Origin: Hormiphora californensis
Lineage: Eukaryota > Animalia > Ctenophora
NCBI GenBank assembly: GCA_020137815.1
Contig: CM035358.1
Coordinates: forward strand, 1,426,001-1,490,000
DNA: 64,000 nt
Direction: 5' to 3'
Under the pieces are notes generated by a model. The model was not told where the DNA came from. It was given only the letters and a program-made list of their open reading frames with translations, and searched no databases. How positions within the stretch are numbered: the first letter of the stretch is position 1; each line of letters opens with the position of its first letter. A program made the translations under genes and the position numbers. This document shows positions 1-23,946 of the stretch, piece by piece.

Positions 1-3000
1 ACCTAAAACAAAAATCGCAACCCCACAAAACTTCAAAATAATGAAATTCGCATCTCGCATGTCGTGTTGCATGTCGTGTCATGTTATTGACGCGCTCGCG
101 TTCAACTCTCACACAGCAGCTGCAGAACATGGCGGGAAACATCGAGGAGTAGAGAGAGGGTCGGTGCCGAATCAAATATTTCTTGATCTTGATCTACTCC
201 ATCTCTCAGCTATCCTACCACTCATCAACTCGATCTCTAAGCTACCCTACCCCTCATCTACTCCATCTTTCAGCTACCCTACCCCTCATCTACTCCATCT
301 TTCAGCTACCCTACCCCTTATCTAGTCCATCTCTCAGCTACCCTACTCCTCATCTACTCCATCTCTCAGCTTCCCTATAAGGGAAGCATAGAGATGGAAA
401 CGATTAGGGGTAGGGAATCCCTACCCATAATCGTTTCCATCTCTATGCTTCCCTAACCCTCATCAACTCCATCTTTCAGCTACCCTACCCCTAATCTAGT
501 CCATCTCTCCGCTACCCTACTCCTCATCTACTCCATCTCTCAGCTACCCTACCTCCCATTTACTCCATCTCTCAGCTACCCTACCTCCCATTTACTCCAT
601 CTCTCAGCTTCCCTACCTCCCATTTACTCCATCTCTCAGCTTACCTACCTCCCATTTACTCCATCTCTCAGCTTCCCTACCTCCCATTTACTCCATCCCT
701 GCCTCCCATCTACTCCATCTCTCAGCTACCCTACCTCCCATTTACTCCATCTCTCAGCTACCCTACCTCCCATTTACTCCATCTCTCAGCTTCCCTACCT
801 CCCATTTACTCCATCTCTCAGCTTACCTACCTCCCATTTACTCCATCTCTCAGCTTCCCTACCTCCCATTTACTCCATCCCTGCCTCCCATTTACTCCAT
901 CTCTCAGCTTCCCTACCTCCCATTCACTCCATCTTTCAGCTTCCCTACCTCCCGTTTACTCCATCTCTCAGCTTCCCTACCTCCCATTTACTCCATCCCT
1001 GCCTCCCATTTACTCCATCTCTCAGCTTCCCTACCTCCCATTCACTCCAACTCTCAGCTACCCTACCTCCCATTTACTCCATCTCTCAGCTTCCCTACCT
1101 CCCATTTACTCCATCTCTCAGCTTACCTACCTCCCATTTACTCCATCCCTCACCTTCCCTACCTCCCATTTACTCCATCTCTCAGCTTCCCTACCTCCCA
1201 TTTACTCCATCTCTCAGCTACCCTACCTCCCATTTACTTCATCTCTCAGCTTCCCTACCTCCCGTTTACTCCATCTCTCAGCTTCCCTACCTCGCATTTA
1301 CTCCATCCCTGCCTCCCATTTACTCCATCTCTCAGCTTCCCTACCTCCCATTCACTCCATCTCTCAGCTACCCTACCTCCCATTTACTCCATCTCTCAGC
1401 TTCTCTACCTCCCATTTACTCCATCTCTCAGCTTCCCTACCTCCCATTTACTCCATCCCTCAGCTTCCCTACCTCCCATTTACTCCATCTCTCAGCTTCC
1501 CTACCTCCCATTTACTCCATCTCTCAGCTACCCTACCTCCCATTTACTTCATCTCTCAGCTTCCCTACCTCCCATTTACTCCATCTCTCATTTCCCTACC
1601 TCCCATTTACTCCATCGCTTACCTTCCCTACCTCCCATTTACTCCATCTCTCAGCTTCCCTACCTCCCATTTACTCCATCTCTCAGCTACCCTACCTCCC
1701 GTTTACTTCATCTCTCAGCTTCCCTACCTCCCATTTACTCCATCTCTCAGCTTCCCTACCTCCCATTTACTCCATCGCTTACCTTCCCTACCTCCCATTT
1801 ACTCCATCTCTCAGTTTCCCAACCTCCCATTTACTCCATCTCTCAGCTTCCTTACCTCCCATAAATACTCCATCTCTCAGCTTCCCTACCTCCCATTTAC
1901 TCCATCTCTCAGCTTCCCTACCTCCCATTTACTCCATCGCTTACCTTCCCTACCTCCCATTTACTCCATCTCTCAGCTTCCCTACCTCACATTTACTCCA
2001 TCTCTTACCTTTATCTCTTACCTTCCCTACCTCTCATTTACTCCATCTCTCAGCTTCCTTACCTCCCATAAATACTCCATCTCTCAGCTTCCCTACCTCC
2101 CATTTACTCCATCTCTCAGCTTCCTTACCTCCCATAAATACTCCATCTCTCAGCTTCCCTACCTCCCATTTACTCCATCTCTCAGCTTCCTTACCTCCCA
2201 TAAATACTCCATCTCTCAGCTTCCCTACCTCCCATTTACTCCATCTCTCAGCTTCACTACCTCCCATTTACTCCATCGCTTACCTTCCCTACCTCCCATT
2301 TACTCCATCTCTCAGCTTCCCTACCTCCCATTTACTCCATCTCTCAGCTTCTTTACCTCCCATTTACTCCATCTCTCATTTATCCTAACTGCTAACATTC
2401 CTACCCCTGAGAGATGGAGTAAATGGGAGGTAAGGAAGCTGAGAGATGGAGTAAATGGGAGGTAGGAAAGCTGAGAGATGGAGTAAATGGGTGGTAGGGT
2501 AGCTGAGAGATGGAGTAAATGGCAGGTAGGGAAGCTGAGGGATGGAGTAAATGGGAGGTAGGGAAGCTGAGAGATGGAGTAAATGGGAGGTAAGTAAGCT
2601 GAGAGATGGAGTAAATGGGAGGTCCGAGGTAGGGTAGCTGAGAGATGGAGTAAATGGGAGGTAGGGTAGCTGAGAGATGGAGTAGATGAGGAGTAGGGTA
2701 GCGGAGAGATGGACTAGATTAGGGGTAGGGTAGCTGAAAGATGGAGTTGATGAGGGCTAGGGAAGCATAGAGATGGAAAAGATTATGGATAGGGATTCCC
2801 TACCCCTAATCGTTTCCATCTCTATGCTTCCCTTATAGGGAAGCTGAGAGATGGAGTAGATGAGGAGTAGGGTAGCTGAGAGATGGACTAGATAAGGGGT
2901 AGGGTAGCTGAAAGATGGAGTAGATGAGGGGTAGGGTAGCTTAGAGATCGAGTTGATGAGTGGTAGGATAGCTGAGAGATGGAGTAGATCAAGATCAAGA

Positions 3001-3180
3001 AATATTTGATTCGGCACCGACCCTCTCTCTACTCCTCGATGTTTCCCGCCATGTTCTGCAGCTGCTGTGTGAGAGTTGAACGCGAGCGCGTCAATAACAT
3101 GACACGACATGCAACACGACATGCGAGATGCGAATTTCATTATTTTGAAGTTTTGTGGGGTTGCGATTTTTGTTTTAGGT
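1..3180. mobile_element. Large foldback (inverted-repeat) element with internal minisatellite; left end outside the window
   Basis: 1-~540 is the near-perfect reverse complement of ~2640-3180 (identical ORFs 41..325+ and 2757..3140- reflect this). The minisatellite flips orientation at ~2380-2408. The right arm probably continues past 3180. Confidence 0.8.
549..2660. repeat. 32-bp minisatellite (ctacctcccatttactccatctctcagcttcc)n, ~1.8 kb forward then ~250 bp inverted
   Basis: Directly visible tandem units with point variants and a 34-bp variant (ataaatactcc); inverted copies from ~2408. Confidence 0.95.
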
Positions 3181-3527
3181 CGGAGAGTGAAACGGCCGGT
3201 ACAGTGGTAAACTAGATTAAAAACTGTACGCCTCGTTAGACGGCGATTTTTCCTATCTTGTCTGGTTCCTGAGATATGGCCCCCTAAAGAGTTGGTGTCT
3301 CAAACTGCTGAATCGGGGTCACGCGAGGAAAATGGGCATCAGTTTGCGTGTACTGCTCCGTTTTTCACGGGACTTGAACGAGGGTGACGGCAAGAGTCTC
3401 ACCTATTACATGGTATCCTTACATTGTGTATTAAATCTAAAATGACTGAGCAGCATGCTTGTTAATGAACCTTGACGTGTTTGCTTGTCTCGCAAGCGCG
3501 CTCGCGACTAGCAAACACGACATGCAG

Positions 3528-4162
3528 TTCACACCCTGAGAAAGTTCGGACGGATAATAGTTATCATTGCCAAGGCTGTCACTGTGGTGATAGGTTTGGT
3601 CGTCGTGGGTGCAAATCTTACAAATATCGTTTTCATTTTCATGAGTAAGTATAAAACTTAATAATTAACAAAATTCATGGGCCAATTTTTCGTGCCAGCT
3701 ATTTTTTAATTTTTGGCTAACCGATTCAGGGCTGGATTCGGAATGGTAATTATTTGAGGGCCAAACAATTAGATTTGTACTTACCCTCGTTGAACTGGGT
3801 CGCACAATTCTCCTGACAGGCTCAATTGCTCTCTTTTTCCTTTGGATTGTTACCTCAAATGAACCAGGTCAGTTGAATTCTGGTAAATCTTGGTCCGCAG
3901 ACCACTATTTTTTGGCAGATAAATTCACACCAAAGTTATGCTTCACCGCCGTATTCCCAATATGCGTGCATTAGTATGCGATTATAATCCACTATTTGCT
4001 GTTTCAGGTGTACAGCCGAACCAACAAGGTCACGTGCTAAATCTGAACCAGCAAGGATATCATCCAAATCAGAAACAACAAGGATACCCTCCCAATACAA
4101 ATCAGCAAGGTCACGTGCCTAATCCGAACCAGCAAGGACAACTACCGGGGGTGGATGAATGA
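3528..4162 (+). CDS. Possible terminal exons of a small membrane protein: TM helix plus Gln/Pro/Gly-rich tail
   Basis: Open frame HTLRKFGRIIVIIAKAVTVVIGLVVVGANLTNIVFIFM ends at donor A|gtaagt (3644). The phase matches acceptor tttcag| at 4008, giving SVQPNQQGHVLNLNQQGYHP...PGVDE*. No start codon identified. Confidence 0.4.
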
Positions 4163-4328
4163 TTTTTCTCCAGGGGGACTTTGCTGGGCGCCGTTACGAT
4201 CTGGGTGTTTGGTGGCCTGTTTACAGGTGCACGCTTCCAAAAATTTGATTCATTAAAATGGCTCTAACCGCTAAACCACTCAACCGTTTTGGCTAATTCA
4301 AAGTTTATCTGGTAGGAAATGTCAAGGC

Positions 4329-4395
4329 CTAACCCTAACCCAAACCCAAGCCCTAACCCTAACCCCACTTTAGCCCTAACCGGGGCCTAACCCTA
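4329..4395. repeat. Degenerate (CCCTAA)n telomere-like tract
   Basis: ctaaccctaacccaaacccaagccctaaccctaaccc... Confidence 0.75.
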
Positions 4396-4440
4396 AAAAA
4401 ACGTTTGTCAGCACTCACCAAACACCCAGATTTTAAGTAT

Positions 4441-4465
4441 CCCGGTAAATCGGGGTCCGACTGTA
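4441..4465. mobile_element. Solo terminal repeat of a TA-flanked Tc1/mariner-like MITE
   Basis: cccggtaaatcggggtccgactg+ta; the reverse strand translates IQSDPDLPG, which I recall as a common Pleurobrachia repeat. Partner TIR not found. Confidence 0.45.
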
Positions 4466-5650
4466 TGGTGTGGTGTGGGGAAGCCTTCGGATTCCAGTTT
4501 CTACGTATGCTGCAGACCCCTCTCACCTCTGACGAGGGGCCTGGAGTAGTGGAGTGAACAACAGTCGGCACGTAGCTCAAATGCTCTGACAAGGCGGGCC
4601 GCAGTGCTTTATTTTAGCGCTTGAGAACTGCTCCTTTTGCGAAATTGATTATTGGGTCATCAAGGTTATGTCTAAGGGCTGCCAATTCCCAGCATTTGTA
4701 AATTGGTGCCAGGTGCTTGTGGGACATCAGGAAAATGTTTAGAACGACTCAGAAGTCAGGAAAGATTTTTAAAAAGATCGCAAGATTTTGGAAATTCAGA
4801 ATTGAAATGTTTCGACAGCGCGCGGCTCCTTTTCAAAATTATCCTGCTATGCGCGTCACTCACTTGCGTCGAAGTGATAAATTTATCGCACAACATGTTT
4901 GTTTGTATTAAGCAGATAACTAAAATTTGGATTATTTGAATAGTCAATATTAAAAATGATACAAGAATATTTAATAGTTATAGAAACCTCAACCTATTTC
5001 CAACACATTCAACCCCTCTCTCCCATCCTTACAAAACACTCATCCAACGATTTTCTAGTTCTACATTTCGATTCCCAAATCACACACATAAGAAATTCAC
5101 TCACCGGGATCAATTAAAGGGAAACTGAGCATAAAATAACCCGGAAATTATGAACTCTGTCAAAGAAAGTCAAGCTGAAAAACGCACACACACGGGAGAA
5201 ATGAAGAATAGATGGGCAATCAGTGGGCAAGAGTTTTGGGGCGAGAAAGAAGAAAATGGGCCGAATGTTGCTACATACTCAGAACATTTACTAAATGATT
5301 TAGCAAAAGAAGATTTAACGCCACTCGTGAAAGTGCTCTGTTACATAAATTAATTGTTTTTTTCTGGTATTTCCAATTATAACAATATCTCTATCATTAC
5401 GTGAAAAGGGGGCTGGGCCGTCATGAACAATACCCAGTTGTCGTTGTCCTCTACATCTGAACCTCTCTTTCTCTGATCTCTCTCTATTTCTATCTACCTT
5501 TCTCTCTCAGTTCATTTTCCTATGAAATCTCTCGCTACTCTATCTCTACACGCGTACACTCTCTCATTAGTCACCTTGAAATGTCACTATCACACACCTC
5601 TCTCTCTCTCTGTTTCTCAAAGAGTCAGACAATCAGAAAGTTTTTCTGAC

Positions 5651-18231
<12,581 letters not shown>

Positions 18232-18324
18232 CCTATAATCACAACAAATATAGGAAGACTGCAACAAAGAGAAGACACGAAAATGTTGTGATAGCGTTCG
18301 AGAAATGCGAGCTTTTATAGAGGC

Positions 18325-18389
<65 letters not shown>

Positions 18390-19679
18390 GCGATGGCTTC
18401 TAGAAAAATTATGCGCCCATACGAAGTCTCGTGATGCCTCAAAGGGGACCTGCATTAGCATGATAACAAGTGAAAAAAGAGAGAACGAGAGGGAGAGAGA
18501 GATGCATACATTATGCCGGATATGTAATCCCCGGTCCCTGTCCAATTTTGTGCTGCAAACATCACAGATGGTTTTGGCGTGTATTTTGCTGTTTTGTTTG
18601 CACTGTAACAGTCTAGGCAGCATGAGAGGAGGGAGTGAGAGATGGAGAGAGCAAAAAGAGAGAAAAGGAGGGAGAGTGATAGATGGAGATGGAGAAAAGG
18701 AGGGAGTGAGAGGCCGAATGAAAGGGAGATAAAAACAGAGAGAGATAGGCAAAAAATGAAATTCTAAATTTAATTTTCTTTAAATTATGTGAGATGCATC
18801 ATATAGCAAGGAACTGCAGTAATTCAAGATGGAGCTGTAACAAAATCAGGTACGTGTTACATAAACAAACGAACAAACATACTAACAAACTAACTAACAA
18901 ACTAACTAACAGACGAACAAACAAAGACATACAAACAAATAGACAAACAAACAAACAGATGAACAAACAAACAGACAAACAAATAGACGACCAAACTAAC
19001 TAACAGACAAACAAATAGACAAACAAACAAACAGACAAACAAACAAACAGACGAACAAACAGATGAAAAAGATTACAAAAAAAAACAAAAAACACACAGC
19101 TATAGAACCAACAAACAAGTATCGTAGACGGACAAAAGACAGAAAATCAACAAACAAAATCTGCCAGTAGTTGCAAAACATGGGGCCACGTGGCTATCAT
19201 TATTTGTAAATAGCTCTGCGTGGCACACACAACGTGGTCAACACTAACAGTGGAACTGCAGCGGAATATAGAGAAACCTCATTAGGTTAGGACATGTGGG
19301 ATAGCCAGGGGGCACAGAGAGAAAGAAAAAGAGAGAGAAAGAAAGAGAGAGAAACCAAACCTAAAAAGGGAGTGGGGTAGGAAGAGAGTTGTTTACATTT
19401 GTAAAGTGCGGGGCTTGCGAGAGGCAGTCTAGCTTGGCAAGGAAGGGAGCTGTCAGAAAGCGAGTGAGCGACAGGAAAAGACAGGAAAGAAGAAAACAGT
19501 GAACAAATTTACAGAAAATGTGATAGATAAAAAAGGTGTGTTGGCCATAACACATGTCTGTGTGTCACACACATGTTGTCTGTGTGTCATTTCCCAAGGG
19601 AGACTGCAGTAGTCATTTTCGTGTTTATTCCCCCTGTATGATATGATAGTGCTAACTTTCGCTCTGATCTGATACAATT

Positions 19680-20160
19680 GAGGTAAACGGAAGCCACACA
19701 TTTTGTTTGTTTGTGATTGCTGCGTCTGGAGGATGACCTGCCCGAAAGCAATAGAGGCCGCACCGAACACGCTTATAAGGCGCCCCAGCACGTCCACCAC
19801 TCCGCCGTAGCAAGGCCACCCACCAATCAGTTTATGCAGAGCATGTTACTTCAGACGCTCCAGGAAGACCGTGGTCAACCACTGGCGACACTGAGCGGCG
19901 AAAGCCGTACGGCGTCGACAGGGGTATCACACTACTCCTGGCCTAAATCAAAACACTAGACAAAAGTACAATACAGTGAACAACTTGTACCGGTCTAGAC
20001 AAGACACTAGACAGTGTAAAATACAATATCAAGTCAATGTACAATTTGTACCGGTCTACAAGAGGTAGAGAAATAGCGACGAAACATACATCAAACTGCA
20101 AAAACGTGAACTCTACACATATCGTGTCATGATACAAACTGTGTAGCGTCCGTTTACCTC
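19680..20160. mobile_element. MITE with GAG...CTC termini and AATT TSD (Sola2-like)
   Basis: Imperfect TIR gaggtaaacgga(a/c)gc(c/t)acaca.tttgt; aatt at 19676-19679 and 20161-20164. Confidence 0.75.
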
Positions 20161-20662
20161 AATTGTCCTTTACATTTCTAAAAACTGACATATCTCTCTC
20201 AGAATAGTGTTGTACATTCTTCCCACATTAGTACTCAATACCCACATTTTACTGTTAAATCATACCCACATTTTGTTGATCTACCGAACCCTCACAAATT
20301 GGGAGTGAGCCACACGCCCACACAAACATTTCGTTTTTTCAGTTTGTTTGTGGTTCATTTGTTAGTTTGTATGTTTGTATGTCAGTGTCAAACAAATTGT
20401 TTGTTTGTTTGTTTGTTTGTTTGTATGTGACTGTGAACAGTGCGTGTAGAATGATCAAAGGTTCACCCCTCACTATACCCGCCGTTATGACGCAACGTAT
20501 ACCCTCATCAAATCCCTATTGATCACACACAAACCGTTACCTCCCGCAATATTCACAACCTTCCCCCTCATATTAGAAGGAATTTCCCCTTTCTCTCTCG
20601 GGGAGTTTTGAATGAGGGCACTTGGAAACTTGCCAATGATAGGGATACTAGGATGGTAGGGA

Positions 20663-20771
<109 letters not shown>

Positions 20772-22113
20772 TAGAGATTGTGATACAAAGGTGATAGCCT
20801 ATCAAGTCAATTATATATTGCTGTTGTATTTGATGGAGTTTTTATTATAGACGTGATCAATGCAGGATGTGAGCAGAAGAGAAGTTGATGTCAGCAGTAA
20901 AAGAATGAAAAGAAACAAATAGTAATCAAGAAAAAAGGAGAGAGAAAAATAAGAAAAGAAATAAGAAAAAAGAAGAGACTGGAGAATGAAAAAAAGATAA
21001 AAAGGAGGAAGAGAGAGGGCTAAGTAGGAAACGAGAGAGAAGGATAGAAAAATTGAATTTGATAAGAGAAAATTGCTGTGAGAGTGATGATAAGAAATTA
21101 CATGACACATGTGAAAAACAGTGTGAAACATAATACATGATATGGTAGAGAGTTGTCTGCTGTTGTGTCTGTAAAATCCAACACGATCATACGGTACATT
21201 ATGCACGGTGAATTGATCCGTATGGTTTAATTTCCCAAAGGATGCTGCCAGAATACTCATTGTTGTCGCAATTACAGGTTTGGCAAACTATCACATCTAC
21301 CAATTTAGAACACAAAAGGAACGTCTCTACTCTCTCAATTGATCTTATTGTTTCTTTGGGAATTTAGGCTGCTACTCAATCTCATTTTAAAACGGTAGCC
21401 AGCAAGTACAAAGGACATTATAGGAGACTATGATATATACTGCCTATATAGTTCGACCCTCCCTCCCCGCGGATTGAACATAACAAGATATCTACACGCA
21501 CCAAAAAACTAAAGCAATGTACAGATAATCCATGCATCACTCAAACCCCCTCACAAGTTTATATGTGGACAACAATGAAAATCAATTCAGATAACCGTTA
21601 TCCAATAATCCCAGACTACAATCCCAGACTACAATACAGGATGTACAACTGAAATCTGAATCACAAGACTCCCCCATTTCACGTACCAGTAAGAGTTTAG
21701 CTTTCTACTTCTGCTAGGTGTGATGTAGTCGTATAAACGTTAGAGGTGTTGTATTTTGCAGTTGCCATTGTGCCGTTGGGTTCACACCGTGTGGGTGGTG
21801 GTCAATAAGCCATGGTGGTAGCTTCACAAATGGTGGGAAATGCAGGAAAGAAACGAAAACATGAGCAGAAACCGCCCCGGCATCGCTACAGAAGTCGTCA
21901 TCCAGTGCGGAACTCTAAGATGTTTCAACAAATTGTGGAGTGAATCGCGCGCGCAGCGGGAAATGCAGCGCATCAATGAAATACTTCGCGCAAAGAGTAA
22001 ATTTTGGCGCGCGGCGCGGCAAATTAAATTTTAACATAATAATAAATTTAAAAACAACTTTCGGAAAATTGTGAAATTTACGTTTTTTAGTTTTTTTTAA
22101 ACTTTCTCTTTTA

Positions 22114-23241
22114 TAAGGAACCATAATAAAGTTCAAGAGCCTCCAAGAGCACCCAAGAGCGCACCCCATCGAAGAGAGACCACACCTGAGAGCGCACCCT
22201 ATCGAAGAGAGACCACACCTGAGAGCGCACCACACCCAAAAGAGACCACAACCAAGAGCGTAAAGTCCATTTTTTTTCAACTGTTCACCCAAAAACTGAA
22301 ATTTAATAAAAATTAGAATTTGGGTGGCGCGCGCTACACGTTAACATGTGATAAACGCGCAAAACAATTCCGCGTGCGACTTTGGGGGGTGAACAGTTGA
22401 AAAAAAATGGAGTATATTGGAATGCGCTGCAGCCCCCTCATGCGCGCACCCCCGCAACGAGGGGACTGAAGGGAATGCCGCGCGCGCGTTTGGCCTGAGC
22501 CCGGCTGGGTCGAAGATAACTTTGCGGTCGAAAAAACGGCGGTGCTTATAACTTTGGCTCCTGTAGTCCGTTTGACTTGATTCTTTCACCAGTTGTTAGA
22601 TCTGACGATTATCTACCTTGCTGTTTTTGAGAGAAGTTAATTGGACTTAAGGAGGCTGAGCAATAGCCGTTGAAAGATGGGTTGTTTTCAAAAAGTGACG
22701 TCACAGATTCCTGCAGGGACACCTTTTTTTAAATTTCATTCAAATTTCGATTTTACCGCACTCGATTTTGCGGAGTTTGGTTCATATCTCGTGTTCCTGA
22801 TAAGATAGAGACCTGAAACCGGTTGCATTTAAAAGCTCTTATCTTCCTCTTTCCAACGCTACCAAAACGATTTCTGTACCTTATCTGGAACCGGAGATAT
22901 GATTGATTATGTATTCCCCCCCCAGCGCGGTATTCCCTCCAGGCCCCTTATATTATATTATAAGGGGCCTGCAACGTATGCCAATGGAGTATACCACATC
23001 CAGAAGAGACCAATCCAAGAGCGCACCACATCAAAGAGAGCTCCACATCCAGAAGATACCACGCGCAGGGGACACCACGCGCAGAAGAGACCAGCGCGGC
23101 GTTGTATTTGCGTGTGCGGACTCTTCTGCGCGTGGTATCCCTTGCACGCGGTCTCTTCTGGATGGGGTGCTCTCCTGGTCCTGGTGTGCTCTTGGACCTG
23201 GTGCGCTCTTGGAGGCTCTTGAACTTTATTATGGTTCCTTA
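22114..23241. mobile_element. Pair of related non-autonomous elements joined tail-to-tail (TAAGG...CCTTA ends)
   Basis: taaggaaccataataaagttcaagagcctccaagagc at 22114 is inverted at 23205-23241; internal palindrome caggccccttata/tataaggggcctg at 22940-22971; repeated aagagcgcacc/aagagacc subunits. Confidence 0.65.
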
Positions 23242-23946
23242 TGAAAATCGTTGTAATAAACCGCAATGGAGCGTATGAAAATGTTTTCCCTATAAATTGA
23301 CTGATAAGAGTAGTGTCTCTCGGGTTATTAGCTTCAATTGTATCTAATTCTAGATTTTCTTACCTCAGACCTCAGTTTCACCGCTCGGAGTCCAAACTCT
23401 GTAGTCACAAATTTGACGTACTCATTTGCAATACTGAGTAGTATTGTAAGAATCTGCAATAATTCATAATCCATCTAGAATCTGCAGCCATAAAACGATT
23501 GCCATGGCTATTAATTAATTAACTGTTAACTAAAATTCATCAATAATAAATGTCTTTGATCCTTTTTGGTTCATATTCGGCTGTATTTCTTTTCTATTTG
23601 TAGCAGAATAAGAGAAGAATGTACCTCAAACAGGGCACAGAGAATATGTTTCTACCATTGCCATAGCTGCACATCTCTTTCTCTTGACACTTACCACCTG
23701 GCTCGCTACAAGATCCCCGTGCAATAGTACACCCTTGCACTCTAACTAGTGCATATAACAACGTTAGTAGTGTGCCCTGTTCTTGCCATGTGAATTGAAA
23801 TTGAATTTCTCACAAGAGTTTTATTTCGGGATATATATATGAAACGAGGTGCTTTGAAGAATTTTAAATAGTGAACATAGATCAAGGCAGCTGTTGTTTT
23901 GGATTTTCTTTCTGTGAAAGTAACGCTTCCAACGCAGCAACAGATC

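Noticed and set aside
41-3140. Twin ORFs MKFASRMSCC... on both strands
   Set aside because: By-product of the inverted repeat; they run into minisatellite and show no domain.
4329-4345. Telomerase RNA template (CUAACCCUAAC)
   Set aside because: Part of a degenerate repeat tract beside a MITE end; no other supporting structure seen.
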